NCBI GenBank assembly: GCA_902582765.1
Contig: CACHTK010000001.1
Location: 5,870 to 69,869 of the forward strand
Length of the DNA stretch: 64,000 bases
Origin: an uncultured Pelagibacteraceae bacterium
GTDB lineage: Bacteria > Pseudomonadota > Alphaproteobacteria > Pelagibacterales > Pelagibacteraceae
Reading direction: 5' to 3'
This document shows, one piece after another, positions 41,696-53,108 of the stretch (its first letter is position 1; every line of letters begins with the position of its first letter). The notes beneath the pieces were generated by a model. That model was not told the DNA's origin. It did no database searches and saw only the letters and a list, made by a program, of their open reading frames with translations. Position numbers and translations under genes: made by a program.

Positions 41696-42000
41696 TGGCA
41701 AAACTAAGCGCAATTAATAAAAATAATAAAAGAATAAAACTTTCAGAAAAGTATTATAAAAAAAGACAAAGTTTAAAAAAAATAATTATGAATAAAAAAT
41801 TAACTTTTGAAGATAGGTTTAAAGCACAACAAAAACTTTCAAATCTTCCAAGAAATTCATCGAAAATTAGAGTTAGAAATAGGTGTCAAATAACAGGTAG
41901 ACCACATGGGGTTTACCGTAAATTAAAAATATCAAGAATTGCTTTAAGACAATTGGGTTTAGAAGGCAAAATTCCTGGTATGGTAAAATCGAGTTGGTAG
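41695..42000 (+). CDS. rpsN: 30S ribosomal protein S14 (long, zinc-independent type)
   Basis: [20 protein letters not shown]. Confidence 0.98.
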   Translation: MAKLSAINKNNKRIKLSEKYYKKRQSLKKIIMNKKLTFEDRFKAQQKLSNLPRNSSKIRVRNRCQITGRPHGVYRKLKISRIALRQLGLEGKIPGMVKSSW

Positions 42001-42010
42001 AAAGGGTATT

Positions 42011-42406
42011 ATGAGTTTAAGTGATCCAATAGGAGATATGTTAGCAAGATTGAAAAATTCTCAGAAAAGAAATCACAAAAAAATTGAGTTACCATCATCA
42101 AAATTTAAAACCAAAATAGCTGAAATTCTAAAGTCTGAGGGATATATAATTGACTATGAGGTAAAATCAGATCAAAATAAAGTTAATTTGAGCATAAGTC
42201 TAAAATACAGTTCAGGAAATCCAGTGATAAGTTCCATAGAAAGAGTTTCGAAACCAGGAAGAAGAATCTTTTCGAGCGCTGAAAGTTTACCCAAAGTTAA
42301 TAATGGGCTAGGTATAGCTATAATATCAACCCCCAAAGGCGTCATGACAGATATAGATGCAAGAAAACAAAAAGTTGGTGGCGAAATTATTTGTAAGGTA
42401 TTTTAA
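42011..42406 (+). CDS. rpsH: 30S ribosomal protein S8
   Basis: DPIGDML, SKPGRR, GGEIIC. Confidence 0.98.
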   Translation: MSLSDPIGDMLARLKNSQKRNHKKIELPSSKFKTKIAEILKSEGYIIDYEVKSDQNKVNLSISLKYSSGNPVISSIERVSKPGRRIFSSAESLPKVNNGLGIAIISTPKGVMTDIDARKQKVGGEIICKVF

Positions 42407-42945
42407 TGTCCAAAATAGGTAAAATAGCAATTTCAATTCCAGACAAAGTTAAAGTTATTTTGAGTGGAAATATGATTAACATTGAGGGACCTCTTGGAAA
42501 AAGATCATTGCATATTGATTTAGATATTTTTGATTTAAATATTAATGAAGGAAAAGAAATATCAATTTTACCTAAGCAAAACAATCAAACTATTAAAAGA
42601 TTATGGGGTATGAATAGAAGTTTATTAAACAATGCAATTATTGGAACTAGTAAAGGATATGAAAAAGTTCTTGAACTAACAGGAGTGGGTTACAGAGCAT
42701 CGTTGAAAGGAAATATTTTAAATCTACAATTAGGTTTTAGTCATGATATAAATTTTAATATTCCAGAAGGAGTAAAAATTCAAATAGAAAAACAAACTAT
42801 CTTAAAAATTACAGGGACAGATAAACAACAAGTAGGAATGGTATCTTCAGAAATTAAAAGTTTACGACCACCGGAACCTTACAAAGGCAAAGGTATAAAA
42901 GAGCAAGGACAATATATATTAAGAAAAGAAGGTAAGAAAAAATAA
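42406..42945 (+). CDS. rplF: 50S ribosomal protein L6
   Basis: [16 protein letters not shown]. Confidence 0.98.
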   Translation: MSKIGKIAISIPDKVKVILSGNMINIEGPLGKRSLHIDLDIFDLNINEGKEISILPKQNNQTIKRLWGMNRSLLNNAIIGTSKGYEKVLELTGVGYRASLKGNILNLQLGFSHDINFNIPEGVKIQIEKQTILKITGTDKQQVGMVSSEIKSLRPPEPYKGKGIKEQGQYILRKEGKKK

Positions 42946-43298
42946 TGAATTTATCAAAGATAGAAAGAAAAAAGTATAGAGTAAGGAATAAAGCGAAAAA
43001 AGTATCATCAGTTGAGAGATATAGATTAAGTGTAAGTAGGTCTGCAAAAAATATTAGCGCACAAATAATAGACGATACAAAAAACGTAACATTAGTTTAT
43101 GCATCTTCCAATACTAAAGAAATAAAATCGCAAAAAAAATCAAAAAAAGAATTGTCTATATTAGTTGCAGAAAATCTGGCAAAAAAAGCAAAAGATATGC
43201 AAATTACAAAAGTTTATTTTGATAGGGGGATCTATAAATACCATGGAAGAGTAAAATTATTAGCTGATGAACTAAGAAAAAATGGAATGGAATTTTAA
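42945..43298 (+). CDS. rplR: 50S ribosomal protein L18
   Basis: [18 protein letters not shown]. Confidence 0.97.
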   Translation: MNLSKIERKKYRVRNKAKKVSSVERYRLSVSRSAKNISAQIIDDTKNVTLVYASSNTKEIKSQKKSKKELSILVAENLAKKAKDMQITKVYFDRGIYKYHGRVKLLADELRKNGMEF

Positions 43299-43301
43299 AT
43301 T

Positions 43302-43802
43302 ATGGAAAAAAATACAGAATTTGTTGAGAAATTAGTCCACATTAATAGAATAACCAAAGTTGTTAAAGGCGGAAGAAGGTTTGGATTTTCTGCACTTGTA
43401 GTTGTTGGAAATCTAAATGGTAAAATAGGTGTTGCACATGCGAAAGCAAAACAGGTTCCTGATGCAATTAAAAAAGCAAATGAGCTTGCCAGAAGAAATC
43501 TTGTACAAATTCCATTAAGAGAAGGAAGAACAATACATCATGATATTTTTGGTAAAGATGGTGCTGGGAAAATTAAATTAAGAGCTGCACCAAAAGGTAC
43601 AGGAATTATTGCTGGTGGTGCTGTTAGAGCTGTTTGTGAAGTTCTTGGAATCAAAGATATAGTCGCAAAATCTCTTGGAACGGCAAATCCTCATAATGTA
43701 ATAAGAGCATGCATGAAGGCACTGTCAAAACAAAACTCACCAAAAAACATATCACTAATCAGAAATAAAAAAATTTCAGAGATTATTGAGAAAAGAGGGT
43801 AA
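43302..43802 (+). CDS. rpsE: 30S ribosomal protein S5
   Basis: [18 protein letters not shown]. Confidence 0.99.
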   Translation: MEKNTEFVEKLVHINRITKVVKGGRRFGFSALVVVGNLNGKIGVAHAKAKQVPDAIKKANELARRNLVQIPLREGRTIHHDIFGKDGAGKIKLRAAPKGTGIIAGGAVRAVCEVLGIKDIVAKSLGTANPHNVIRACMKALSKQNSPKNISLIRNKKISEIIEKRG

Positions 43803-44260
43803 TGAATATTTTAAATAGTACTATAAAAATTAAAAGTTCTAAGAAAAGACTCGGAAGAGGCATAGGGTCTGGTAAAGGCAAAACATCTGGAAGAGGTGTT
43901 AAAGGTCAAAAATCTAGGTCTGGAGTTGCTATTAAAAGTTTTGAAGGTGGTCAAATGCCACTTTATAGAAGATTACCAAAAAGAGGTTTCAATCCAATTA
44001 AAAAAATTAAAATAGCTAAAATAAATTTAGATCAACTACAAACATTTGTTGAAAAAAAAAGAATTAATCCATCAAATCAAATAAATTTAGAAAGTTTAAA
44101 GAAGAATAAAATAATAAATAAATCTTACTCAAAATTCAAAATTCTTGCAAATGGAAATCTAAATACAAAAATAGATATAGAAGCTGATTTCTCATCGATT
44201 TCTGCCAAAGAGAAAATCGAAAAACTTGGTGGAACAATAAAAATTAAAACTCTTAAATAA
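43802..44260 (+). CDS. rplO: 50S ribosomal protein L15
   Basis: GRGIGSGKGKTSGRG, FEGGQMPL. Confidence 0.99.
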   Translation: MNILNSTIKIKSSKKRLGRGIGSGKGKTSGRGVKGQKSRSGVAIKSFEGGQMPLYRRLPKRGFNPIKKIKIAKINLDQLQTFVEKKRINPSNQINLESLKKNKIINKSYSKFKILANGNLNTKIDIEADFSSISAKEKIEKLGGTIKIKTLK

Positions 44261-45541
44261 ATGAGTGAGGCATCACAAACAAATGATTTAAGAAATAGAA
44301 TTTTATTCACCGTATTTATACTTGCAATTTATAGATTAGGTACATTTGTACCGCTACCTGGGATTGATCCAGAGCAACTTCAAATAATGATGGATAGCAA
44401 CCAAAAAGGATTGCTGGGAATGTTTAACGTGTTTGCAGGTGGTGCAGTAAGTAGAATGGCTATTTTTGCACTTGGAATAATGCCCTATATTTCTTCATCA
44501 ATTATTATCCAATTATTAACTGGTGTCACTGAATATTTTAAAAATCTTAAAGCACAAGGTGAAATAGGTAGACAAAAAATTACTCAAATAACAAGATACG
44601 GTACGGTTTTATTGGCAACTGTCCAAGGCTATGGTTTATCAGTTGGTTTGGAGTCATCAGCAGACCTAGTAATTAATCCAGGCGCATTTTTTAAAATTTC
44701 TACAGTAACAACAATTGTTGCAGGAACGATTTTTTTAATGTGGTTAGGAGAGCAAATAACTCAAAGAGGTATTGGTAACGGTATTTCATTAATTATTTTT
44801 TCAGGAATAGTAGCTGAAATTCCTAGAGCTTTAGTTACAACATTTGAATTAGGTAGAACTGGCGCTATTTCAACTGTAATGATAATATTAATATTTGTTT
44901 TACTTGTTCTAACAATATTATTTATTGTCTTTATGGAGAGGGCGCTAAGGAAAATTTTAATAAATTACCCTAAAAGACAGATGGGTAATAAAATGTATGG
45001 AGGTGAATCTTCACACTTACCTCTTAAAATAAATTCAGCAGGAGTTATTCCAGCAATTTTTGCATCAGCTTTACTATTATTGCCGGTAACATTTTCTAAT
45101 TTTAATGTTTCACAAAATGAAACTTTTCTAAATATTTCGTCATATTTCTCACAAGGTCAACCTTTATATATGATGTTATATGCTTCTGGAATTATTTTTT
45201 TTACTTTTTTTTATACATCTATAACTTTTAATCCAAATGAAACAGCTGAAAATTTGAGAAAGTATGGTGGATTTATTCCCGGAATTAGGCCTGGTGAGAG
45301 CACTGCAATATATATAGATGTAATTCTAACTAGATTAACAACTATTGGAGCTTTGTATTTAACACTAGTTTGTTTGATGCCTGAATTTTTAATAGCTAAT
45401 TATCCGATACCATTCTATTTAGGTGGAGCATCTGTATTGATTGTTGTAGTAGTTGCTATTGATACTGTTACTCAGGTTCAAACAAGATTAATGAGTTCAC
45501 AATATGAGCAACTAATAAAGAAAACAAAATTTGGAAGATAG
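44261..45541 (+). CDS. secY: Preprotein translocase SecY
   Basis: IFALGIMPYISSSII, GIGNGISLIIF, IPGIRPG. Confidence 0.99.
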   Translation: MSEASQTNDLRNRILFTVFILAIYRLGTFVPLPGIDPEQLQIMMDSNQKGLLGMFNVFAGGAVSRMAIFALGIMPYISSSIIIQLLTGVTEYFKNLKAQGEIGRQKITQITRYGTVLLATVQGYGLSVGLESSADLVINPGAFFKISTVTTIVAGTIFLMWLGEQITQRGIGNGISLIIFSGIVAEIPRALVTTFELGRTGAISTVMIILIFVLLVLTILFIVFMERALRKILINYPKRQMGNKMYGGESSHLPLKINSAGVIPAIFASALLLLPVTFSNFNVSQNETFLNISSYFSQGQPLYMMLYASGIIFFTFFYTSITFNPNETAENLRKYGGFIPGIRPGESTAIYIDVILTRLTTIGALYLTLVCLMPEFLIANYPIPFYLGGASVLIVVVVAIDTVTQVQTRLMSSQYEQLIKKTKFGR

Positions 45542-45546
45542 TCTAA

Positions 45547-46110
45547 GTGAATGTTATTATTTTTGGACCACCAGGAGCAGGTAAAGGTACACAAGCAATT
45601 AATATTGTAAAAAAATTTAATCTTTTTCAAGTCTCAACAGGTGATCTTTTAAGAACAGAAGTAAAAAATCAAACAAGTGTAGGTAAAGATATTGAAAATA
45701 TAATTTCAAAAGGTGACTTTGCTACAGATGAAATTGTAAATGAATTGATAAAAAAAATTGTCAACGATCCACAAAAAAAAAACAAATTAATATTTGATGG
45801 ATATCCAAGATCATTAAGTCAGGCGAAAAACTTGGATATATTGTTAAAAAACTCAAGCCAAAAAATAGATTTTATTTTTTTTTTAAATGTTAAAAAAGAA
45901 ACTGTCATAAAAAGAATTGAAAAAAGAAGCCTTCTTGAGAATAGAGCTGATGATAATTTAGCTACTATACTTAAAAGATATGATACATATATGGAGACAA
46001 CCAAACCCGTGTTAGATTTTTACATTAAAAATGTAAATTTTTATGAAATTGATGGAAGTGAGGAAATTGCTGGAATATCTACTAAAATTGAACAAATTCT
46101 GTCTGTTTAA
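45547..46110 (+). CDS. adk: Adenylate kinase (short-LID type)
   Basis: GPPGAGKGTQ, STGDLLR, DGYPR; GTG start. Confidence 0.97.
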   Translation: MNVIIFGPPGAGKGTQAINIVKKFNLFQVSTGDLLRTEVKNQTSVGKDIENIISKGDFATDEIVNELIKKIVNDPQKKNKLIFDGYPRSLSQAKNLDILLKNSSQKIDFIFFLNVKKETVIKRIEKRSLLENRADDNLATILKRYDTYMETTKPVLDFYIKNVNFYEIDGSEEIAGISTKIEQILSV

Positions 46111-46114
46111 GACA

Positions 46115-46142
46115 TTGACTTTAAAAGAACTTCTTATATAAA
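46115..46142 (+). promoter_or_regulatory. Putative alpha-operon promoter
   Basis: TTGACT-N16-TATAAA upstream of rpsM. Confidence 0.5.
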
Positions 46143-46166
46143 AGGCTAAATTTTTATCTCAATAAT

Positions 46167-46550
46167 ATGGCTCGTATAGCAGGTGTAAACTTACCACAAA
46201 ATAAATTAGTTAGAATTGGTCTAACTTATATATATGGAATTGGTGAAAAGAACTCTAATGATATTTGTCAATCACTAGAAATACCAGATACAAAAAGGGT
46301 AAATGAGTTAACAGACGATGAAATTTTAAAGATCAGAGAATTTATAGATCAAAAATTTACTGTTGAAGGTGACTTAAGAAGGGATACTTCCTTAAATATT
46401 AAAAGACTAATTGACCTTGCCTCATACCGTGGTTCCAGGCATAGGAAAAAATTGCCTGTTAGAGGGCAAAGAACCAGATGTAATGCACGTACACGTAAGG
46501 GAAAAGCAATTGCTATTGCTGGTAAAAAATTAACTCCACTTAAAAAATAG
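46167..46550 (+). CDS. rpsM: 30S ribosomal protein S13
   Basis: [15 protein letters not shown]. Confidence 0.99.
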   Translation: MARIAGVNLPQNKLVRIGLTYIYGIGEKNSNDICQSLEIPDTKRVNELTDDEILKIREFIDQKFTVEGDLRRDTSLNIKRLIDLASYRGSRHRKKLPVRGQRTRCNARTRKGKAIAIAGKKLTPLKK

Positions 46551-46551
46551 A

Positions 46552-46995
46552 ATGGCGAAAGATAAAATAGATAATAAGAATCAAACAACTGAAACTATTA
46601 GTAAGCCAAAAAAAAGCTCTTATTCAAAAAAGAAAAAAAATAAAAAAAACATATTAAATGGAATTGCTTATGTTCAATCAACTTTTAATAATACAATTGT
46701 GACAATTGCAGATACAAATGGTAATGTGATATCATGGGCCTCTGCTGGTCAAAAAGGTTTTAAAGGTTCTAGAAAATCAACGCCTTATGCAGCGCAAGTA
46801 GCTGCAGATTCTGCTGCTGCTAAAGCACTTGAGGTTGGAATGAAAATTTTATCTGTTGAGGTAAAAGGTCCTGGGTCTGGAAGAGAAACTGCATTACGTG
46901 CGCTACAGGCTAGAGGTTTTAAAATTATTTCTATTAAAGACACAACCCCAATGCCGCATAACGGTGCAAGACCGCCAAAAAAAAGGAGAGTATAA
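46552..46995 (+). CDS. rpsK: 30S ribosomal protein S11
   Basis: [20 protein letters not shown]. Confidence 0.99.
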   Translation: MAKDKIDNKNQTTETISKPKKSSYSKKKKNKKNILNGIAYVQSTFNNTIVTIADTNGNVISWASAGQKGFKGSRKSTPYAAQVAADSAAAKALEVGMKILSVEVKGPGSGRETALRALQARGFKIISIKDTTPMPHNGARPPKKRRV

Positions 46996-46996
46996 A

Positions 46997-48025
46997 ATGG
47001 ATACAACTGAAGTGAATATAAAAAATTGGAAATCTCTTATAAAACCACCAAAGCTTGATGTTAACTTAAGTGAAGATAAATCTTACGCAAAAATAATAGC
47101 AGAGCCATTAGAAAAAGGATACGGCTTAACACTTGGTAACTCATTAAGAAGAATTCTTCTATCATCTATAAGAGGTACAGCGGTTACAGCAATACAAATT
47201 GACGGAGTATTGCATGAATTTACTTCAATTAAAGGAGTTAGAGAAGATGTTACAGACATAGTTTTAAATGTTAAATCTCTAGCACTTAAGAGTAATTCTG
47301 AAACTGTGAGCAAATTGGTTCTAGATGCAAAAGGACCAGGTGAGATTAAAGCTTCAAATATTACAACATCAGGTGATATAGAAATTCTTAACCCAGATCT
47401 AGTAATATGCAACTTAGATGAAAACACTAATTTCCATATGGAAATGACTGTTAGCAATGGCAAAGGGTATGTTTCAGCTGACATGAATAAACCAGAAGAG
47501 CCTCCATTGGGCCTAATAGCAATAGATTCACTATTCAGTCCAGTTAAAAAGGTTTCTTATTCAATAAGTACTGCTAGAGAAGGTAAAGCGCTAGATTATG
47601 ATAAATTAACTATGGAAGTTGAAACAAACGGATCAATTTCTGCAGAAGATGCAGTTGCTTACTCAGCAAGAATATTTCAAGATCAATTAGGAATGTTTGT
47701 TAACTTTGATGAACCACAAGAAGTAATAGTAAGAGAACAACCAACAGAGCCTGAATTTAATAAAAATTTACTAAGAAAAGTAGATGAACTAGAACTGTCT
47801 GTTAGATCAATGAATTGTTTGAAAAATGACAATATAATTTATATTGGCGATTTGGTCCAAAAATCAGAGGGTGAAATGCTAAGAACCCCCAATTTTGGCA
47901 GAAAATCATTAAATGAGATTAAAGAAGTATTGACTGGAATGTCATTATATTTAGGTATGGAAATACCAAATTGGCCGCCAGACAATATTGCTGAATTATC
48001 TAAAAAACTTGAGGAAGCTATTTAA
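46997..48025 (+). CDS. rpoA: RNA polymerase alpha subunit
   Basis: [28 protein letters not shown]; start at ATG 46997. Confidence 0.98.
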   Translation: MDTTEVNIKNWKSLIKPPKLDVNLSEDKSYAKIIAEPLEKGYGLTLGNSLRRILLSSIRGTAVTAIQIDGVLHEFTSIKGVREDVTDIVLNVKSLALKSNSETVSKLVLDAKGPGEIKASNITTSGDIEILNPDLVICNLDENTNFHMEMTVSNGKGYVSADMNKPEEPPLGLIAIDSLFSPVKKVSYSISTAREGKALDYDKLTMEVETNGSISAEDAVAYSARIFQDQLGMFVNFDEPQEVIVREQPTEPEFNKNLLRKVDELELSVRSMNCLKNDNIIYIGDLVQKSEGEMLRTPNFGRKSLNEIKEVLTGMSLYLGMEIPNWPPDNIAELSKKLEEAI

Positions 48026-48471
48026 TGAGACATAAAATGGGCTACAAAAAGCTCAATAGAACTTCTGAACATAGAAAAGCATTAATAAAGAATATGCTTA
48101 ATTCTCTTGTGAAGTATGAACAAATTACCACAACACTTCCAAAAGCAAAGGTTTTAAAACCACAGGCAGATAGGTTAATCACTTTAGGAAAGAAGGATAC
48201 GCTTCAAAATAATAGAACTTTGATTTCTAAACTTCAAGATGTAGCCTCAGCAAGTAAAATTATTAAAACACTGTCCAAAAGGTATGAAAATAGAAAAGGT
48301 GGATATACAAGAATTATTAAAGCAGGCTTTAGATATGGAGATAATGCACCAATGGCAGTTATAGAATTTGTAGATCGAGATATAGAAGCAAAAAAAGTAG
48401 ATAAAAAGAAAACAGAAACATCTAAAGCTATTGATAAAAAAGTAGAAATAACAAAAGAAGCTACAGCCTAA
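48025..48471 (+). CDS. rplQ: 50S ribosomal protein L17
   Basis: MRHKMG, GGYTRIIK. Confidence 0.98.
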   Translation: MRHKMGYKKLNRTSEHRKALIKNMLNSLVKYEQITTTLPKAKVLKPQADRLITLGKKDTLQNNRTLISKLQDVASASKIIKTLSKRYENRKGGYTRIIKAGFRYGDNAPMAVIEFVDRDIEAKKVDKKKTETSKAIDKKVEITKEATA

Positions 48472-48483
48472 ACAATATTCAGT

Positions 48484-49389
48484 ATGAAAAAAACTATCAA
48501 CGTAGATGCTACGTATGCAGGTATGCGTATTGATAGATTTCTTCGTCAACACTTTGAAACTATTCCTCAAAGCTTAATAGAGAAAAATCTTCGAATTGGT
48601 AAAATTAAACTTAATAAAAATAAAATTAAGAGTTCTATTAAACTTAAAATTAACGATAAGATCGAACTTCACAATTTTGAAATTAAAAAAGAACAAGTAA
48701 ATAAAAAGATAAAATTTAAACCCTCAGTTACAATTATTAAGGAAAATGAAGGTTTTATAATTGAAAATAATGATGACTTTATTGCTCTAAACAAACAAGC
48801 AGGTATATCTGTACAAGGTGGGACAAAATCCAAAAAAAACTTAATAGATATTTTTTCTAATAGTGAAATTTTTAAAGATCAAAAACCTTATTCTGTCCAT
48901 AGATTAGATAAAGAAACTTCAGGAGTATTTTTAATAGCAAAAAATAGACCAACTGCACAACTACTAACATCATTGTTTAGATTAAGAAAAATTTATAAGA
49001 CCTATATTGCAATATGTCATGGAGAAATTACCATGAAAGATAAAGGTTTAATTAAACATAATCTTATAAGATATGATGATACAAAAAAAATAATTGAAAC
49101 CGCAGAGACAAATTATGAAATTTTAGATAAAAATATTAACTCTACCTTCATACAATTAAAACCAATTACTGGAAGAAAACATCAGTTAAGAAAACAATTA
49201 TTTGATTTAGGTCACTCAATTATAGGTGATAAAAAATATAATTCTTACAAAATACAAAAAAACAATAAAAACCTTATGCTTCATTCTTATGAAATTAAAT
49301 TTAAAATGAATGAAAAAAAATACAAATTTAGAGCTACACCACCTGAGTATTTTAGAAATATGCTTAAAGCAAAAAGACTTAATTTTTAA
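48484..49389 (+). CDS. rluC: RluA/RluC-family RNA pseudouridine synthase with S4 domain
   Basis: [31 protein letters not shown]; subfamily assignment is tentative. Confidence 0.8.
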   Translation: MKKTINVDATYAGMRIDRFLRQHFETIPQSLIEKNLRIGKIKLNKNKIKSSIKLKINDKIELHNFEIKKEQVNKKIKFKPSVTIIKENEGFIIENNDDFIALNKQAGISVQGGTKSKKNLIDIFSNSEIFKDQKPYSVHRLDKETSGVFLIAKNRPTAQLLTSLFRLRKIYKTYIAICHGEITMKDKGLIKHNLIRYDDTKKIIETAETNYEILDKNINSTFIQLKPITGRKHQLRKQLFDLGHSIIGDKKYNSYKIQKNNKNLMLHSYEIKFKMNEKKYKFRATPPEYFRNMLKAKRLNF

Positions 49390-50008
49390 TTTCTTTCAAA
49401 AAATTTTTAATTAATATATTTGATATAAAATCATACTTTTGTTCTTTGATTTTAATAAGATTTGTGACTTCCTTATCTTTAATGCCACAAGGGATTATCT
49501 TTTCGTATACATCTAGGTTATTATTTATATTTATTGCAAAACCATGGTAGGCAATCCATTTTTTTACTTTAATGCCTATGGCTGCTATTTTTTCAATTTT
49601 AGTTTTATTTTTTAATTTTCTTTTATGCCAGATGCCAATATTTTTTCTATCTGCAAAAGCATTAATTTTAAATTCTTTTAAAGTGGCAATTATAGTATTT
49701 TCTACTGAAGAAATAAGTTTTCTAATATTTTTATCTCTCTTATTTAAATCAATAACAAAATAAAAAACTAGCTGACCAGGACCATGATAGGTTATTTTTC
49801 CACCTCTATTTGTTTTAATAAGTTTTATTGATTTATCTAATAATTCATTATTATTATAACTAGTTCCAGCTGTATAAACTTCTTCATGCTCTAAAATCCA
49901 TATAAGTTCTTTATTCTTTTTTGTATGAATTTCATTTAATCTTTTCTCTAATAATGAAATCGCATTCTCATATTTTATTGGTTTTATTGACTTTTTGATC
50001 TCAATCAT
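49379..50008 (-). CDS. lipB: Octanoyltransferase LipB
   Basis: [35 protein letters not shown]. Confidence 0.96.
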   Translation of the reverse strand: MIEIKKSIKPIKYENAISLLEKRLNEIHTKKNKELIWILEHEEVYTAGTSYNNNELLDKSIKLIKTNRGGKITYHGPGQLVFYFVIDLNKRDKNIRKLISSVENTIIATLKEFKINAFADRKNIGIWHKRKLKNKTKIEKIAAIGIKVKKWIAYHGFAININNNLDVYEKIIPCGIKDKEVTNLIKIKEQKYDFISNILIKNFLKEIKN

Positions 50009-50071
50009 AATTATAAATTTGTAATATTAATATTTTGTATTAATAGTGCCAACTAAATTATAGATAAATTT

Positions 50072-51445
50072 ATGACTTTAGTAAAAAAAATTAAAGATAA
50101 AAAAGTTAACTTTGAATTTAATAAAGAATTCATAAAAGTTGTAACTGAAAAGATTTCCTCAAATGATGCAGAATTTATCACTAGTTCTTTTAATGATATG
50201 CACCCTGCAGATGCAGCTGATATTATTGAACATTTAAATGAAAACGATAGAGAAAGTTTACTTAAATTAAATAATTTTAAAGTTGATCCAGAAGTTTTTA
50301 TTGAACTAAATGAGTCTATACAATCTGAATTAATTAATTATTTATCGTCAGATACCATTGTTAATATTTTAAAAAATTTAGAATCGGATGATGCAATCAA
50401 AATTTTAGAAAATGTTGATGAAAAAGATAAAAATACAATCTTAGGATCGCTTCCTCCAAAAGATAGGTTTGCTTTACTTGAAAGTTTAAGTTATCCCGAA
50501 GACTCCGCTGCACGAATTATGCAGAGAGAATTTACAGCAATACCAAGCAATTGGTCTGTGGGTCAAACAATTGATTATCTTCGTGAAAACAAGGATCTTC
50601 CTGAAGAATTTCTTGAAATTTTCATAGTAGACCAGGATTTCAAACCAATTGGTACTGTGCCATCCTCAAAAGTTTTAAGAACATCTAGAGACACAAAAAT
50701 GATGTCTATTATGTCAGAGTCTCAGCTTTTAATTCCTGTTGATATGGATAAAGAAGAGGTAGGTAACTTATTCGAAAATTATAATTTGAGTTCAGCAGCG
50801 GTGACAGACAAAAATGATAAATTAGTAGGTATGATTGCCTATGATGATGTATTGACAGTTCTTAAAGAGGAAGCTGAGGAGGATGCTTTAAGACTAGCTG
50901 GTGTTGGAGATGAAGAAATAACAGATGGAGTAATTACAAAGACAAAACGTAGATTCAACTGGTTATTATTAAACTTATTTACAGCTTTTCTCGCAACTTA
51001 TTGTATTAGTTTATTTGGAGCAACAATTGAACAAATGGTAGTATTAGCTTTTTTAATGCCGATTGTTGCTTCTATGGGTGGAAATGCTGGTATGCAAACT
51101 TTGGCTGTTACAGTTAGATCATTGGCAACACAAGATTTAACAAAGAATAATTTTACTAATAATATAATTAAAGAATTTAATATAGGTGTTTTAAACGGAA
51201 TTATCTTTGCAATTATAAGTTCAGTAATTGTTTACTTCTGGTTTAATGACATTCAGCTTGCATTAATAATATCAATTTCAATGGTCTTGACGATGATAGT
51301 TGCTGGACTTTTTGGAATTTTAATACCAGTAACTCTAAAAAAAATAAATATTGATCCCGCAATATCATCAAGTGTTTTTGTTACTACAATAACTGACGTC
51401 ATTGGTTTTGTCTCATTTTTAGGTGTTGGGGCTTACTTTCTATAA
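50072..51445 (+). CDS. mgtE: Magnesium transporter MgtE
   Basis: HPADAAD, CBS pair, MGGNAGMQT, DPAISSSVFVTTITD. Confidence 0.97.
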   Translation: MTLVKKIKDKKVNFEFNKEFIKVVTEKISSNDAEFITSSFNDMHPADAADIIEHLNENDRESLLKLNNFKVDPEVFIELNESIQSELINYLSSDTIVNILKNLESDDAIKILENVDEKDKNTILGSLPPKDRFALLESLSYPEDSAARIMQREFTAIPSNWSVGQTIDYLRENKDLPEEFLEIFIVDQDFKPIGTVPSSKVLRTSRDTKMMSIMSESQLLIPVDMDKEEVGNLFENYNLSSAAVTDKNDKLVGMIAYDDVLTVLKEEAEEDALRLAGVGDEEITDGVITKTKRRFNWLLLNLFTAFLATYCISLFGATIEQMVVLAFLMPIVASMGGNAGMQTLAVTVRSLATQDLTKNNFTNNIIKEFNIGVLNGIIFAIISSVIVYFWFNDIQLALIISISMVLTMIVAGLFGILIPVTLKKINIDPAISSSVFVTTITDVIGFVSFLGVGAYFL

Positions 51446-52258
51446 TTAAAAATTATCAATTAATCTAACATTGTCGATATTATAAGCTACAAATAGTCTA
51501 TAATTGTTTTTAAAATTGTTAAGCTTTAAATTTTTTTCGTCTCTAAATTCTAAATAATCTATTTTAATATTGTATTTATTTTCTAATTTTTTTTTATAAT
51601 CAGTTAAATTAAAAGCCAATTTAGGACCATGTAATTTGGACTTATACTTTATTTTTTTTAAAAATAATGCAATTTCTGCAGCTTTTTTAATGGAATTTGT
51701 TTTTAATAATTTATTTCGTGTAGATAATGCAACATTTTTATTTGTTCTTACAGTAGGACATGAATTAATCCTTGCTTTAAACTTTTTAGACAAAAATTTT
51801 TTTATTAAATATAACTGCTGATAATCTTTTTCACCCATATACAAATCTTTTGATTTTACAATAGTCATCAGTCTATTCATCACATTTAAAACACCTTCGA
51901 AATGACCAGTTCTAAATTTAGCACACAATATCTTATCTTTTTTTTTTAAATTAAATTTCTTAGCTTTAAATTTGTATATTTCTCTGGCATTTGGCTTGAA
52001 CAAATATTCTACATTCATTTTTTTTAATATAGCGATATCTTTCCTAATATTTCTTGGATATTTTTTGAAATCATCTCTTTTGTTAAATTGAGTAGGATTT
52101 ACAAAAATACTTACAATAGTTTTACTTTTATTATTTTGCGAAGCTTTTATTAAAGATTTATGACCAGCATGTATTCCACCCATTGTAGGCACAAATCCTA
52201 CATTTTTATAGTCTTTAATCTCTTTATTTAAATCAAAAATACTTGTAATTATTTTCAT
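51446..52258 (-). CDS. panC: Pantoate-beta-alanine ligase
   Basis: GFVPTMGGIHAGH, SIFVNPTQF, GEKDYQQ, RLIDN. Confidence 0.96.
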   Translation of the reverse strand: MKIITSIFDLNKEIKDYKNVGFVPTMGGIHAGHKSLIKASQNNKSKTIVSIFVNPTQFNKRDDFKKYPRNIRKDIAILKKMNVEYLFKPNAREIYKFKAKKFNLKKKDKILCAKFRTGHFEGVLNVMNRLMTIVKSKDLYMGEKDYQQLYLIKKFLSKKFKARINSCPTVRTNKNVALSTRNKLLKTNSIKKAAEIALFLKKIKYKSKLHGPKLAFNLTDYKKKLENKYNIKIDYLEFRDEKNLKLNNFKNNYRLFVAYNIDNVRLIDNF

Positions 52259-52292
52259 ATTTTAAATATATGCTTATAAATAAATTATCTTT

Positions 52293-53108
52293 ATGATTAA
52301 ACAAGCCATTATTCCTCTGGCTGGATTAGGGACAAGACTTTTACCTTTAACCAGTGTTTTTGCGAAAGAACTATTACCTATAAATGGAAAGCCCGGTATC
52401 GAGTATATTCTTGATGAATGTATAGATGCTGGAATCACAGAAATAATCTTTATTATTTCTAAAAAAAAAGAGATGATAAAGAAATATTTTTATAATGACA
52501 AATTTTATAAATCACTCATTAAAAAGAAAAAAGATCCACGTATAATTAAAGAATACAAAAAAATTTTAAAGTATAAAAAAAAAATTAAATTTGTTTATCA
52601 AAACAAACCTTTAGGTACCGGTGATGCTGTATTAAAGACAAAAAAATTTATTAAAAATAAATTTTTTTTAATGCTCTTGCCGGATGATTTAATCATGAAA
52701 AGAAATTGTTCTAAGGATATGATTAAATTACACAAAAAATACAAAGCCTCAATAATGGCTAGTATGACAGTTAAAAAAAATAATGTAAATCGTTGGGGCA
52801 TATATTCAATATCAGAAAAACTGAATAAACAAAACTTTGTAATATCTAATGTTATTGAAAAACCAAACACAAAAGAAGCGCCATCAAATAACGCTGTAAT
52901 TGGAAGATATATACTGAGCAAGAATATTTTTAAAATTTTAAAAAGCCAAACAAAAGGAAAAGGTGGGGAGATACATATTACCGACTCAATTAAAACAATG
53001 ATTGACAATAAATCACTATTTATTGGTCATAAATTTTCTGGAAAATATTTAGATTGTGGCTCTATGAATGGCTACATTAATTCAACATTAGAAATAGCAA
53101 AATTATGA
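52293..53108 (+). CDS. galU: UTP-glucose-1-phosphate uridylyltransferase
   Basis: AIIPLAGLGTRLLP, QNKPLGTGDA, LPDD, IEKP. Confidence 0.85.
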   Translation: MIKQAIIPLAGLGTRLLPLTSVFAKELLPINGKPGIEYILDECIDAGITEIIFIISKKKEMIKKYFYNDKFYKSLIKKKKDPRIIKEYKKILKYKKKIKFVYQNKPLGTGDAVLKTKKFIKNKFFLMLLPDDLIMKRNCSKDMIKLHKKYKASIMASMTVKKNNVNRWGIYSISEKLNKQNFVISNVIEKPNTKEAPSNNAVIGRYILSKNIFKILKSQTKGKGGEIHITDSIKTMIDNKSLFIGHKFSGKYLDCGSMNGYINSTLEIAKL

